64,000 nt of DNA from a bacterium (GTDB lineage: Bacteria; Electryoneota; Electryoneia; Electryoneales; Electryoneaceae): positions 3,296,001 through 3,360,000 of the forward strand of contig CAXXKJ010000002.1 in NCBI GenBank assembly GCA_963675295.2, read 5' to 3'. Position numbers and translations under genes: made by a program. The notes beneath the pieces are model-generated. The model was not told the origin of the DNA and did no database searches. It saw only the letters and a program-made list of their open reading frames with translations. Numbering within the stretch: the stretch's first letter is position 1; every line of letters begins with the position of its first letter. Below, one piece after another: positions 10,270 to 21,146 of the stretch.

Positions 10270-11164
10270 CAGCAGCCAGATTGTTGACCATAGCAGCAAC
10301 AACGAAAACCCCAAGCGAACGAAGAACCTGCCCTCTGATGTACTCGGCGACGGCACCGTCGGCGGCGAAATGGAAGCGCTGGTCGCCGTAATGCGACGGC
10401 TGCGGGCGGAAGACGGCTGCCCGTGGGATCGCGCCCAGACGCATGAATCCCTGCGCCCTTACCTGCTGGAAGAGACGTACGAGCTCCTCGACGCGATCGA
10501 CTCGGGCGACATGAACGAACTCCGCGACGAGCTCGGCGATGTGTTGCTGCAGATTGTTTTCCACGCCCAGATCGAAGCGGAAAAGGGCGGCTTCACCGTG
10601 GTCGATTCCATCCGTGCGATTCGGGAGAAGATGCTGCACCGTCACCCGCATGTGTTCGGTGAACGCAAGCTGGACACGCCGGACGAAGTCCGAGACGCGT
10701 GGGAAAAGATCAAGCTCGAGGATAAGAACAAGGAACAATCGGAAGAGCCGAAGAGCGTGCTCTCCGGTGTGCCGAAAACACTTCCCTCGCTGACACGCGC
10801 CTTCCGTGTGCAAGAGAAAATGGCTGGTGTCGGATTTGACTGGCCGGATGCGTCCGGCGCACTCGAGAAACTCGCCGAAGAAATGGACGAAGTCGCGGAA
10901 GCGGTGTTGCACGGCAATCGTGACGAGGCCGAGGAAGAACTGGGCGATTTGCTGTTCAGCGCGGTCAACGCCGCCCGTCTCGCCGGCTTTGCCGCCGAAG
11001 ACGCTCTGCGCCGCAGCACGGAAAAGGTAATCCGCCGCTTCCAAACCATCGAACGGCTCACCGCCGCGGACGGATACAGCGTCCACGAGCTCAACCTCGA
11101 CGAACTCGATTCTTACTGGGACAAGGCGAAAGAGATCGAACGCCGGGAGAAGCAGGCGAAGTGA
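10259..11164 (+). CDS. mazG: Nucleoside triphosphate pyrophosphohydrolase MazG (tandem domain)
   Basis: GCPWDRAQTHESL, EETYELLDAI, DELGDVLLQIVFH, RHPHVFG and a second EELGDLLF. Confidence 0.93.
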   Translation: MAADSSQIVDHSSNNENPKRTKNLPSDVLGDGTVGGEMEALVAVMRRLRAEDGCPWDRAQTHESLRPYLLEETYELLDAIDSGDMNELRDELGDVLLQIVFHAQIEAEKGGFTVVDSIRAIREKMLHRHPHVFGERKLDTPDEVRDAWEKIKLEDKNKEQSEEPKSVLSGVPKTLPSLTRAFRVQEKMAGVGFDWPDASGALEKLAEEMDEVAEAVLHGNRDEAEEELGDLLFSAVNAARLAGFAAEDALRRSTEKVIRRFQTIERLTAADGYSVHELNLDELDSYWDKAKEIERREKQAK

Positions 11165-12258
11165 GTGTCGTCTGGATTTTTCTCGACGGTGTCGGGCTCG
11201 GTGTCGATGACCCCGCGATCAATCCGTGGGCGGCGGTCGAGGATCCAACGCTGATCGCGGTCAATGGCCGTGCGCCATCCTGGCCCGGAGCAGTGTGGAA
11301 GCCGTTGGACGCCAACCTCGGTGTTGACGGCCTGCCGCAGTCCGCGACCGGCACCACCGCATTGCTGACCGGCATCAACGCACCTGAAGCGTTGGGACGC
11401 CACCTCTCCGGTTTCCCGCCCCGAGAGCTGCAAGCCATTATCGCCGAGCATTCGGTACACAAGCAGGCGCTCGCGTGTGGGCTGAAACCAGCCTTCGCGA
11501 ACGCATACAACGAAGCCTACTTCAAGCGTCCGCCGTTCATGCAGTCGGTAACGACGCATGCCGTCCAGGCAGCCGGAATGCCGTTCCGGATGCTGGAGGA
11601 TTATCGCGCCGGGCGTGCGGTGTTCCATGATCTCACCGGTGAGATGATCCGCAGCCAGGGCAATTCCGGGAAGCTGCAGTATCCCGGTGCGCCGCCGGCC
11701 AAGTCTGTTCAGGCGGAAAAGTTCCGGAAACGGTTCGAACGCATCAGCCAACGAGCCAAGTTGAAAGGCGCGCCCTCCACCCCACCGGAAGCTGGATCGG
11801 GATCAGCTAGCGATCAGCCGAATACCAGTGAGGCAACATCGCCGGCCCCCGGACAATCCGAGTCCCTGCAGGATCTGGTCAAACGGGAACAGCTGCCGAT
11901 CATCGGCCCGGAAGAGGCCGCAAGCCGGATCGCGGGACTCGCCGCAGGGCATGATCTCGTGCTCTTCGAATACATCAAGACCGACCTCGCCGGGCATGCC
12001 CAGGACCGGATGTGGGCGGCGAGCGTGGTCAACGAGGTGATGACGTTTCTGCGCGCGCTGCTCGATGACCTCGACCCGGCCCGGGACACGTTGCTCATCG
12101 CCAGCGACCACGGCAACAGCGAAGACCTGAACGTTCGCAGCCACACCCGCGCGCCGGTACCCTCGGTGGCGGTCGGTCCGTTGGCCAGCGAGATCCTGAC
12201 CCCCTGCCGCGCGATCACTGATCTCGTGCCTGCCGTTATAAACGCCCTCTCAACGTGA
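11161..12258 (+). CDS. Alkaline-phosphatase-superfamily metalloenzyme (cofactor-independent phosphoglycerate mutase-like)
   Basis: IFLDGVGLG, PQSATG, KTDLAGH, SDHGN and HT metal-ligand motifs; start overlaps the mazG stop (GTGA). Confidence 0.75.
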   Translation: MSVVWIFLDGVGLGVDDPAINPWAAVEDPTLIAVNGRAPSWPGAVWKPLDANLGVDGLPQSATGTTALLTGINAPEALGRHLSGFPPRELQAIIAEHSVHKQALACGLKPAFANAYNEAYFKRPPFMQSVTTHAVQAAGMPFRMLEDYRAGRAVFHDLTGEMIRSQGNSGKLQYPGAPPAKSVQAEKFRKRFERISQRAKLKGAPSTPPEAGSGSASDQPNTSEATSPAPGQSESLQDLVKREQLPIIGPEEAASRIAGLAAGHDLVLFEYIKTDLAGHAQDRMWAASVVNEVMTFLRALLDDLDPARDTLLIASDHGNSEDLNVRSHTRAPVPSVAVGPLASEILTPCRAITDLVPAVINALST

Positions 12259-12371
12259 TCCACTACGGAAAAATTTCAGTCTCTCATGGAGTCTTTAAAG
12301 ACTTGCGCTCTTTTTGCACGTACACTATCTTGCCCTACAGCTAAGTCACCTAACGCATATGGAGGTGCAGG

Positions 12372-12770
12372 ATGAAGCAGGAAGCGTTCACACTCGCGTA
12401 TCACCGTCCGGACAAGGAAGATTTCGTGGCGCATTTTTCTCATCATTCCAAGCTTGTCGAGGAAGATGGCGCGTTGCTGTGGGAGGAATTGACGAAGCCA
12501 GAAGCGTACTTGCGCGCACTGGTTGCGACACGTGACCTGGAGTTGCCAGCAGTCGCAGGAATAGCCAAACTTGCCAAGTCTGTCGTAGTTCAGCAGTATG
12601 GCCCGATTGAGCAGCTGGACAAGAAGTTCTGGGACCGGATGAAGCAGTACATCGGCTGCGTGATGTATTCCGTCATGGTTGCCAACGGCTACAAAAAGAG
12701 TGGTCGGAAAAGGTCGGTACCGGAGGAATTCTTCAATAAAGCTGAATTGTATGAACCGGCTGGATCGTAA
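12372..12770 (+). CDS. Hypothetical protein
   Basis: 132-aa ORF with GGAGG RBS, followed by a hairpin. Confidence 0.65.
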   Translation: MKQEAFTLAYHRPDKEDFVAHFSHHSKLVEEDGALLWEELTKPEAYLRALVATRDLELPAVAGIAKLAKSVVVQQYGPIEQLDKKFWDRMKQYIGCVMYSVMVANGYKKSGRKRSVPEEFFNKAELYEPAGS

Positions 12771-12776
12771 CAACAA

Positions 12777-12800
12777 AGCCCGGACCGAAAGGTCCGGGCT
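12777..12800. terminator. GNRA-capped hairpin between convergent genes
   Basis: AGCCCGGACC-GAAA-GGTCCGGGCT perfect 10-bp stem. Confidence 0.65.
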
Positions 12801-12827
12801 GATTTCTGTAGGTTGGTTTGCTGAATA

Positions 12828-15800
12828 CTACCGCATCAGCACAACCTTCTGGGTCGAGTTCAACGGACCGGCGTTGACGCGCAGGAAGTACACACCGGAC
12901 GCGACGTTGTTCGCAGTCCAGTTCAGTATGTGCGCCCCGGCGTTCATTTTGCCGAGGTTCATCTTTGCGACCTGGCGGCCGAGGACGTCGTACACTGTCA
13001 TGTTGACATCGGCGGTGGAGGCCAGCGTCAGCGGAACCGCGACCGACGGGTTGAACGGATTCGGATAGGCTTCACCGATGCTGAATTCGAGCGGCAACTC
13101 GCCCGCTTCTTCCTCAACACCCAGCGCACCAGAATCAATCACCAGATCGTCCGCATACGCGGAACCCTGCAGGTAGACCGATTCGAGTTCGTAGGTGAAC
13201 TGGCCCGCACCCGGCAAGGTTTCCATCAGTGTATGGTCGGTGGTGGTCGCGATCAGGTTACCATCGCGATAGACGTTAAATTCGACCAGGCCGAGGGTAC
13301 CCACCGGTTCGTCATAGCCGAAGGTACCGCGCAGCATCAAGTCGCCCTCGTACGTTCCAGGCTGAATGAACTGGTCAAGCGCGGTCCAGACCGGATTCCC
13401 GGTGTTGAACAGGTCGGCATAGATCGAGCCACGGTTGTACTGTTCTTCGATACTGGTGTCAAAGTTGACGCCGTTGACGCCATTCACCAGCCACTCGAAC
13501 GCAAGCCAGATATCCGTGCCCGCCTCGAACGTCATCCGTTGCGGCATTTCGTAGGTGAACCAACCGGCTTCAGTGGCTTCCAGCGCTTCCGAGGTGTAGA
13601 TCACATCACCCGGAATCACATCGTCGCCGGTATCTTCCATCACCAGCAGACGGAATTCACCAAACGCAACGTTCTGGTTCAGACTGACTGAAATATCGTG
13701 CAGCGACGCATGTTGTTCCACGGTGAACTGCTGCGCGACGATCACGCCCGTCGGCACTGCGGCGGTCAAGGTGATGAAGTTTTCGCTCTCACCGTCATCG
13801 TACGCAATTTCGGTTGCACGAGACTGTTCCCACATCAGTTCGATGTCGAGATTCGGTTCGTTGATAATCGCGTAGCTGAAGAAGCTCGCAGGGGACGGAC
13901 TCGGGAAGTCCACGTCCACGGACGGGTTCAGCAGCGATTCGCCTTCGTTGTACACCGAAACCACTTCGTAGGTGTACGAACCGAAGTCCGGCATGTCATC
14001 ACTGTAGGTGGTGTTCGTCGTCGTACCAACCTCTTCACCATCACGCAGAATCATGTATTCGATGAAGCTCGGGCCACCATCATGATCCCAGCTGAGATCG
14101 GCGGTGCCGTCCGCGAAATTGGTCTCACCGGCGAGGTTGGTCACCGGGATACGCGGGTCATCTGGATCGATCGCGCCGGAAATGATCAGCGTGTAGCTTA
14201 CCGGAAGCGCCAGGATACCCTTGTGCGAAACCGTCACCTCGTAGTTGCCAGCGGGGACATCAGCGAGGAAAATCTGCTCGGTGTTATCAAGCACGTTGTC
14301 ACCGGTGGTCGCTTCCATGCCCGGGTTGTCCAGGCCACCAAGAATCCACGGGTAGTAAACGTCGTTGGTGCTGGTGTTGGTCAGGCGAATGTCCAGATCA
14401 TGAACCAGCATCGGGGTCTGGTCGTTGTTGCCCTGACTCTGGGCATGGTTCGGTTCATTCCAAATGATGGAAATCTTCAGCGGCTCACCCGGCAACGGAG
14501 CAAGTTCCTGGGTGAAGGTTTCGCCGTCGTTCAGAGTGAGTTCGCGAATCGCGATCGGAACCTGCGCACCCCAATCAATCAGCTGTGCAGCAGCCAGTGC
14601 ATTAATCAAGCCCCAGCCGTACATGTAGTCCGGGCCATCCCACGGACCGCATTCATCGGCGGTGTGCTGCACAATACCGCGCAACGTCGTCGACAGCGGC
14701 TCCATGCCAAACACGTTGAGGTAGTGAATGAACAGCAGGTTCAACGTGCCCGCCGCGGACGGCGAAGACATTGACGTACCGCTGATGGTCAGGTAATCGT
14801 TATCTGAATCGACGTCGGTTGAGGTCAGGTTGACACCGTTCGCGACAACGTTCGGTTTGATCCGGCCATCGTCCGTCGGGCCGAAGCTGCTGAAGTCTGC
14901 AATGCTGACTGAGTTCGGACCGTTGTATTCGAACACGTCGTTCACCGCACCGATGGCGAAGATGTTCTTACCAGCCGCACGATAGCCCATGCAATCGTAG
15001 CCATCGTCGCCGCCGTCCCGCTCGCGTGTCATCGTGCTGGTGCCGCCGGAGGAAAGACGGTGCAGACCGCCCGCGCCGGGACCGGTGTCGCCACGGTCAT
15101 TACCTGCGGATACGCAAACGGTCAGGTACGGATTGTCGTATGCCATGTCATCCCATTGGGCGGACAAGGAGTTGTAACGGCCGAATTCGCGGTCGAAGGT
15201 GTCGTTCGTGCCACCGTACCAGATCCAGGGAATGGATTGGCCGCTTTCGTATTCCCACCCGTTCGGCTGCCCGTAGGAATGGTTGGTGATACGAGTATTG
15301 CCATTGGTGGCCGCAGCAATCATTTCCGACGTATCACCCATCCAATCGTATTCGTCAAGGTACGTTTCGTAGCTCATGCCCTTCGCACCCGCAACCACAC
15401 CACCGGCAGCAATCGTACCGGACACGTGCATCGCGTGGTAGTGCATCGAAGAACCGTCCTGATTGAATGCACGCGGAATCCCCGTATTGTTGAATTCCTG
15501 GTGCGTTGAACGGATCGTACCAGCGTCCCAGACGGCGATGTAGTTGGTCCACACACCGGTCAGGTTGTAGCCGTAACCCGCACCCGGATAAAGCAGGTTT
15601 GTCCGTGCGGTCCTGGCTGCATTCGCGTTGTCGATCCGGTAGTAGATCGGGCGGCCGTCTTCGCCGAGTCCCATCAACTGGGTACCGTCAACCACATTGT
15701 CGACATACTGTTCCAGGCCGTTCTGCTTGACAAAGGCCCAGAATTCCGGTCCGCGCTGCAGCTCATACTGCCGTTCGACTTCGGCCTTCAGTTCCTGCAA

Positions 15801-15926
15801 GCCCTGATAATTGATTTCCGGACGGGCGAGTGCCGGTCCGGCAATCCAACTGACTGCAAGAACGATGACAAACACCGCGAAAGCGATTCGCAGTGTTGTG
15901 TTTCCGCGCTTCAACCAACCGTTCAT
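12828..15926 (-). CDS. Secreted S8 (subtilisin-like) serine peptidase with C-terminal T9SS/FlgD-type domain
   Basis: Catalytic triad VWDAG / HAMHVSGT / GTSMSSP; FSSFGPTDDGRIKP; C-terminal YPNPFNPS...SGVYFLR. Confidence 0.9.
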   Translation of the reverse strand: MNGWLKRGNTTLRIAFAVFVIVLAVSWIAGPALARPEINYQGLQELKAEVERQYELQRGPEFWAFVKQNGLEQYVDNVVDGTQLMGLGEDGRPIYYRIDNANAARTARTNLLYPGAGYGYNLTGVWTNYIAVWDAGTIRSTHQEFNNTGIPRAFNQDGSSMHYHAMHVSGTIAAGGVVAGAKGMSYETYLDEYDWMGDTSEMIAAATNGNTRITNHSYGQPNGWEYESGQSIPWIWYGGTNDTFDREFGRYNSLSAQWDDMAYDNPYLTVCVSAGNDRGDTGPGAGGLHRLSSGGTSTMTRERDGGDDGYDCMGYRAAGKNIFAIGAVNDVFEYNGPNSVSIADFSSFGPTDDGRIKPNVVANGVNLTSTDVDSDNDYLTISGTSMSSPSAAGTLNLLFIHYLNVFGMEPLSTTLRGIVQHTADECGPWDGPDYMYGWGLINALAAAQLIDWGAQVPIAIRELTLNDGETFTQELAPLPGEPLKISIIWNEPNHAQSQGNNDQTPMLVHDLDIRLTNTSTNDVYYPWILGGLDNPGMEATTGDNVLDNTEQIFLADVPAGNYEVTVSHKGILALPVSYTLIISGAIDPDDPRIPVTNLAGETNFADGTADLSWDHDGGPSFIEYMILRDGEEVGTTTNTTYSDDMPDFGSYTYEVVSVYNEGESLLNPSVDVDFPSPSPASFFSYAIINEPNLDIELMWEQSRATEIAYDDGESENFITLTAAVPTGVIVAQQFTVEQHASLHDISVSLNQNVAFGEFRLLVMEDTGDDVIPGDVIYTSEALEATEAGWFTYEMPQRMTFEAGTDIWLAFEWLVNGVNGVNFDTSIEEQYNRGSIYADLFNTGNPVWTALDQFIQPGTYEGDLMLRGTFGYDEPVGTLGLVEFNVYRDGNLIATTTDHTLMETLPGAGQFTYELESVYLQGSAYADDLVIDSGALGVEEEAGELPLEFSIGEAYPNPFNPSVAVPLTLASTADVNMTVYDVLGRQVAKMNLGKMNAGAHILNWTANNVASGVYFLRVNAGPLNSTQKVVLMR

Positions 15927-16152
15927 GGCTCCACCACCATAGCTCGTTTGACAAATCGTAATCCCGTGCGACGGGAGTTAGCGTTTTTGAATGAAGTGAG
16001 TAAGATAACTCGAGACACAGGCGACAACCAATTGAGGAGGGCGCTGCTCGACCATTCCTTTCACTGAGAGTCCTCAATTCACAGCCAGCCGCGTCTCATG
16101 TCCCAGCGATATCTACTCTTAACTTGCACAAAAAATGCAGCCTCCGCAAATA

Positions 16153-16185
16153 CAAAACCGTCCGGAATGCATCCGGACGGTTTTG
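16153..16185 (-). terminator. Intrinsic terminator
   Basis: CAAAACCGTCCGGA-atgca-TCCGGACGGTTTTG 14-bp stem downstream of the 16211-17059 gene. Confidence 0.7.
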
Positions 16186-16210
16186 CTACTGCAGGGAGAA
16201 GCCCCGGTGA

Positions 16211-17059
16211 TCAGGGTCGGTGATGAGGGTGGAAGCCCCCATTGTTCAGGTTGATATAGAATTCGTCGCCGTTGTCCATCTCAACCAGAGCCCATTCGGT
16301 TCCGTCGAACGTGATGGTGGAGCCGACCTCGACGGTAACTGTTCGTGTGCTGTTTCCCATCGAGATTGTCTTCTCCATTTCGGTGTAGTGATGTACCTGA
16401 CCCGATAAAGGGTACGGGTACTCCTCATGGTCAACGTGCACGTTGACATCGTCCGACTGCCACTCGTGATGCGCTTCCCAGGTACGTTCCTGGTCTTCCC
16501 AGCGCCCAAGCATCCAGCCGGACTCATCCCGCACGCCGTCATCGTTGATCACGCGGATGGTATCGACGGCGAGAATGTTGGCCATATCCATCGTCGAGGC
16601 GAGATCAACACTGACTTCCCGGCGATCATCCTCGTGTCTGCCGGTCATGGTCAATTCGCGGTTCATTCGGACACTGGTTTCGGGATTATACACCTCGGAC
16701 GGATTGTTGTCGGCGTCGTAAAAAGACACGTCAATCGTCGTCGTGAACGGACCATGCGTAAAGGTCGTATCCCGCAGGTTGTTGAAATCGCGGCAGAAAT
16801 CGTCTGGATTGGCAGGATCTCCGCCCCCGGGGGTTTCCATCGGCGGAAGCGGGTTGTACATCGCCATCAAACCGTCCTCAGAATCCGACAACTCCAGGGC
16901 GATCGATTCGGCAATGATCGAGTAATCTTCGTCCGATGCTGCTGCGGTAGCTTCATCATTCGACAGCGGTGAGCTGGCGTCTTCGGAACAACCTGTAAAC
17001 AATGCGCTGAACGCGAATGCCGTTAGCAGGGTCAGGATCAGTACGGTACGGTGTTGCAT
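16211..17059 (-). CDS. Putative lipoprotein of unknown function
   Basis: Signal peptide ending in lipobox LFTGC; AGGAG RBS. Confidence 0.75.
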   Translation of the reverse strand: MQHRTVLILTLLTAFAFSALFTGCSEDASSPLSNDEATAAASDEDYSIIAESIALELSDSEDGLMAMYNPLPPMETPGGGDPANPDDFCRDFNNLRDTTFTHGPFTTTIDVSFYDADNNPSEVYNPETSVRMNRELTMTGRHEDDRREVSVDLASTMDMANILAVDTIRVINDDGVRDESGWMLGRWEDQERTWEAHHEWQSDDVNVHVDHEEYPYPLSGQVHHYTEMEKTISMGNSTRTVTVEVGSTITFDGTEWALVEMDNGDEFYINLNNGGFHPHHRP

Positions 17060-17180
17060 GCGTTTCTCCTTCGATTGGGGGTGAAAGAAAGTGATCGGTG
17101 TATCGAGAGCGCGTTTGTTCTAAAACGTGATAAACAAGCGAACGGGGCCAGCGCGCCAACCCCGTCCACTGTATGCGATG

Positions 17181-17789
17181 TCAACGGCCACGTCGTGTTC
17201 CGTACCCACCCTGTGGCGGGCACGAGCCGTTGAACCCCAGTCCCTGGCCGCACTGTCCTTGTTCGAATCCCTGGCGCACTCCGGCACGTCCACGCCCGCG
17301 GCCCTGGAAATCCCCGTCCTGCCGGGCGTTCCGGCGTTCCGCCTTGCGCACTGCCAGTTCGGCCCACTGATCATCGGTGAGGATGTTCTTCAGCTGTTCC
17401 TCGTGTGCGACGCGGTCCTTGTCCATCACGAGGTTCATCTCGCTGAGCTCCTTCTCGATCTGGCCGAGGCGGGCACGGTTGGCGTCCGGATCCTCAACCA
17501 GCGTCTGCATCTCTTCCATCAGCTCGAAGCGCTGCTGGTGCAGTTTGAAGTGCTTCAGCTGCATGTCCTTCTGCAGATCGAGGATCTGCGACATCTGCTC
17601 TTCACTCAGGTCAGGCAGTGCCATCAGGTTACCCATCCCGGGTCCCATGCCTCCGGCCACCGGTCCCTGGCCCATACCCGGCCCCATCCCACGGCCGCCC
17701 ATCGGCTGTGCGTTGGCGACGCTGAATCCGGTGAAAATGAACCCGGCGGTCATGGCCACCAGTACGAGAATCGTGCGAATGCGTTTCAT
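17181..17789 (-). CDS. Spy/CpxP-family periplasmic chaperone-like protein
   Basis: Signal peptide, Gly/Met/Pro-rich linker, LSEEQ and LTDDQ (LTxxQ-type) motifs. Confidence 0.8.
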   Translation of the reverse strand: MKRIRTILVLVAMTAGFIFTGFSVANAQPMGGRGMGPGMGQGPVAGGMGPGMGNLMALPDLSEEQMSQILDLQKDMQLKHFKLHQQRFELMEEMQTLVEDPDANRARLGQIEKELSEMNLVMDKDRVAHEEQLKNILTDDQWAELAVRKAERRNARQDGDFQGRGRGRAGVRQGFEQGQCGQGLGFNGSCPPQGGYGTRRGR

Positions 17790-17988
17790 CAGAAAATCTC
17801 CTCTACTATCGCTATGTGAGTTTTGTTGTCAGGCTGTTTCGTGCCTCGTGTTATGGACGTCACGGCGCGGGGAAGGGTTTAACGGCGAGAGCCTCCCTGT
17901 GGGGAGGTCAGCGGAATCGTTGAGAAATCAGGAGTCTATCAGAGGGATTACGCGGAACACTTCAGGTGTTGAGTGAAGGGGTGAACTC

Positions 17989-20949
17989 CTACTCCTCCTC
18001 GCCTTCGAGGAAGAAGAGGACGTCTTTCTTCAGACTTTCGTAACTGCTGTACACCTCCGGCTTGACCGGCAGCGACTGCACCATGATCCGGCCCCAGCGG
18101 GATTGCACCAGCCGTGGATCGCAGATCACCGCGACGCCATAGTCGTCAGTGCGGCGGATCAGGCGGCCCAGCCCCTGCCGCAAGCGAAGAATCGCTTCCG
18201 GCACGGTGTATTCGATGAACGGATTCCCACCCTCGGCCTTGATCTTCTCCGATCTCGCCTCCACCAGCGGATCGTTGGGCACATGAAACGGCAGCTTCGC
18301 GATGATCAGTAGTTCGAGCGAATCGCCGGGCACGTCGATCCCCTCCCAGAACGAGTCAACGCCGAACAGCACCGACGCCCGTTCGTTGCGGAAGCGGTCG
18401 AGCATCTCCGCCTGCGAGGAGCCCACACCTTGCGCAAACGTTGTCCAGCCCTGCCGTTCGAGAATCGGTGATGCCTGATCGTACGTATCCCCGAGCATTT
18501 TCTGGCTGGTGAACAGCACCAGCGTGCCGGCATCCAGATCGGTCGGCAGCCGGTGCGCCAGTTGGGCTAAACCTTGCACGAACTCGTCCACATTGCCCTT
18601 CGGCGTGCCGAGGTAATCGACCACGGCGATGAACATCTGGTCCCGCATATCAAACGGGGACGGATACACCACCCCGCGCGCCTCATGCAGGCCGAGCCGT
18701 TTGCGCATGAAGTCGAACGCGCCGTTCACCGTTAATGTCGCTGAGGTCAGCACCAGCGACTTCATCTTCGGGTACAGCGTGGTGTTGAGCACGACGCTGG
18801 CATCCAGCGGTGCCGAGTTGAGTGTCACTCCCGCGCGCGCGTCCTTACCGAGGTTGTACCAGAGGACGGTGTTTTCCGGCTCGGGACCGGTCAGCAGGCG
18901 GAACGCGTCTGCCATGCCCTTCATTTCGCCACGGATCGACTTGAGACGCGCGACGACGTCATTGCCGTCCACGATCGGGTCGTCAGCCTCGTCCAGAATG
19001 TCCAGCAGCTTGTCCAGTTCGCGCAGCAGTGTGGCGAACGCGCTCAGGTGCGCGTTGATCGCCGGTTGGATCGGTGCAAAGATGGTTTCGCCGCTTACAT
19101 ACCGCACCGCGCGGTTATAGTAATTGTTGTTGTTGTTCTTGTTCTTGCCGCTCTCATCCTCTTCCGCACGCAGGGTAAACAGGCTGTACAATTCGCCGTG
19201 GAAATGGTCGCCGGTGCGCAGCAGCGTGGTGATCGCGTCCACCAGCCGGTCGATCGGACCGGGCTCGTCGGCATCTTTCCGTTCGAGCGGAGTCTCCAGG
19301 ATCGGTTGCAACGCTCGCAGACCGAGCAGCAGGCCGGGCCGTTTCGCCGACGGGTCATGCAGCTGTAACAGCAGATTCCGCAGCGGCACGAAATGATAAT
19401 TCAGACCGAGGTGTTTCGCGGCGATGTCTTCGATGTGGTGCGCTTCGTCGATGATCAGCCGGTCGTATTCGCCAAGCACACCACCGTCACTGGCGAGATC
19501 GCTGAACAGCAGCGCGTGGTTGATCAGCACCACGTCCGCCGCCAATGCCGACATGCGGATCCGGTGCAGGAAACAGCCCTCGCTGCCACGGCAGACCCGG
19601 TTCGAACAGAACCCGGAGTCAGCGGACAGCCGTGGCCACAACCCACGCACCAGCGATTGCCGCACTCCCGGCGCTTCGCCAATGTCACCGGTCTTTGTCC
19701 GGTTCAACCAACGCACCATCGGCAATAACGCAACGCGCTCCTCGCCCTCAAGCGCGTCTGGTTCGGTCACCAGCGCATCGTAGCGCCGTTTGCAGATGTA
19801 ATTGCCACGTCCCTTGAGCAGAACAGCACGAACATCGCCGCCAAATGCCGCGGCGAGGTACGGCAGATCCTTGTCAAACAGCTGGTTCTGCAGATGACGG
19901 GTGTTGGTTGAGATAACCACCCGTCCCCGTTCAGCACGAGCATGCACCAGTGCCGGCAGCAGGTACGCCAGCGACTTGCCGGTGCCGGTGCCGGCTTCAC
20001 AGATCAGCCCACCGCCCTGTTCCATTGTCTCGTGGACATCCCACGCCATATCCACCTGGCCCTGTCGCACCTGGTAACCCGGCACCTGCTTCGCAATCGG
20101 CCCGTCTTCGCTGAAGAAATTGGCATACGTGTCGGCGTCCACCGTCTCCGGGTCCGGCGCTTTCTCCCGGTTGCCCGGCTCGCCGTTGAAATCACCGATA
20201 CGATTGTCGGACAGCTCCGCCGGTGTCCACACGCCCAGCGGTCCCGCACCGATGGCAAGCAAACCGTCGATCAGGGAGCCGAGGGTGAAGTTGGATGTGC
20301 CGAGGATGCGCAGCATCTCGCGCAGTTCACTCGGCGGCAGGCGCCGTGCGCGGGCGAGCAACGCCAGTAGCACCTGCCCGGTTGCGTCGGCGTCATCGGT
20401 CGCACGGTGGGCATTGGAGAGGTCGATGTCGAGCATCCGTGCCAACGCACCGAGCCCGAAGCGGTCGAATTCTATCGGGAATAAGGTTCGCGCGATGGTC
20501 AGCGTGTCGTACACATCCCCCGGCGGCGCCATCGGCGGGGTTTCCATCCGTCCGAGTTCGGCGTCGAGGTAGTTGAGGTCGAAGCGGACATTCTGCCCGA
20601 GGATCGGAGCATTGCCGAAGAAGTCAACGAGCTCCTGGGCGATCTCTTCGAACGGTTGTTCGTTGGCGAGGTCTTCATCCTTGATGCCGGTAAGCCGGGT
20701 AATGAACGCGGGTAACGGTTCGTCCACCTTGAGCAGACGGCTGTACCGGTCCGCCTCTGCCCCGCCCTCGAACTTGACCGCACCCACCTCAATCACACGG
20801 CAGGTCTTGAAATCGAGACCAGTGGTCTCCACGTCGAACGAGACAAACGTCGCCAGCCCAAGCCGGGCGAGCTCCTGTGGGGTCAGTGGGGATGGATCGG
20901 GCAGGTTCAGCGTTGTCTCCTCCTGGGGTTCTGGCTGGGTAGAATACAC
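17989..20949 (-). CDS. dinG: DEDDh 3'-5' exonuclease fused to a DinG-family helicase
   Basis: FDVETTG and HRATDDA exonuclease motifs; EAGTGTGKS, DEAHH, FWEGIDVPG, QGLGRLIR; four Cys consistent with an Fe-S cluster. Confidence 0.88.
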   Translation of the reverse strand: MYSTQPEPQEETTLNLPDPSPLTPQELARLGLATFVSFDVETTGLDFKTCRVIEVGAVKFEGGAEADRYSRLLKVDEPLPAFITRLTGIKDEDLANEQPFEEIAQELVDFFGNAPILGQNVRFDLNYLDAELGRMETPPMAPPGDVYDTLTIARTLFPIEFDRFGLGALARMLDIDLSNAHRATDDADATGQVLLALLARARRLPPSELREMLRILGTSNFTLGSLIDGLLAIGAGPLGVWTPAELSDNRIGDFNGEPGNREKAPDPETVDADTYANFFSEDGPIAKQVPGYQVRQGQVDMAWDVHETMEQGGGLICEAGTGTGKSLAYLLPALVHARAERGRVVISTNTRHLQNQLFDKDLPYLAAAFGGDVRAVLLKGRGNYICKRRYDALVTEPDALEGEERVALLPMVRWLNRTKTGDIGEAPGVRQSLVRGLWPRLSADSGFCSNRVCRGSEGCFLHRIRMSALAADVVLINHALLFSDLASDGGVLGEYDRLIIDEAHHIEDIAAKHLGLNYHFVPLRNLLLQLHDPSAKRPGLLLGLRALQPILETPLERKDADEPGPIDRLVDAITTLLRTGDHFHGELYSLFTLRAEEDESGKNKNNNNNYYNRAVRYVSGETIFAPIQPAINAHLSAFATLLRELDKLLDILDEADDPIVDGNDVVARLKSIRGEMKGMADAFRLLTGPEPENTVLWYNLGKDARAGVTLNSAPLDASVVLNTTLYPKMKSLVLTSATLTVNGAFDFMRKRLGLHEARGVVYPSPFDMRDQMFIAVVDYLGTPKGNVDEFVQGLAQLAHRLPTDLDAGTLVLFTSQKMLGDTYDQASPILERQGWTTFAQGVGSSQAEMLDRFRNERASVLFGVDSFWEGIDVPGDSLELLIIAKLPFHVPNDPLVEARSEKIKAEGGNPFIEYTVPEAILRLRQGLGRLIRRTDDYGVAVICDPRLVQSRWGRIMVQSLPVKPEVYSSYESLKKDVLFFLEGEEE

Positions 20950-21146
20950 ATTTGTTTATCAGCAAGACAAGGGCTCACCGGGCATAAACGACCGGATTAC
21001 GCGTTGCCCACACTTCTGTACCTCGTCTCCTCGAGTCGCCTCAAGTATTCCTCGAAAATACCAAACCCTCTTGTAGATCGCTGCAGCAGCTTGTATAGTT
21101 AGGCGCTTCGAACTTTTCTCAAAACTAGTAGCTATTGGGGGTAATC

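Noticed and set aside
19124-19146. (TTG)n microsatellite in dinG
   Set aside because: Short in-frame poly-Asn linker that cannot cause phase variation
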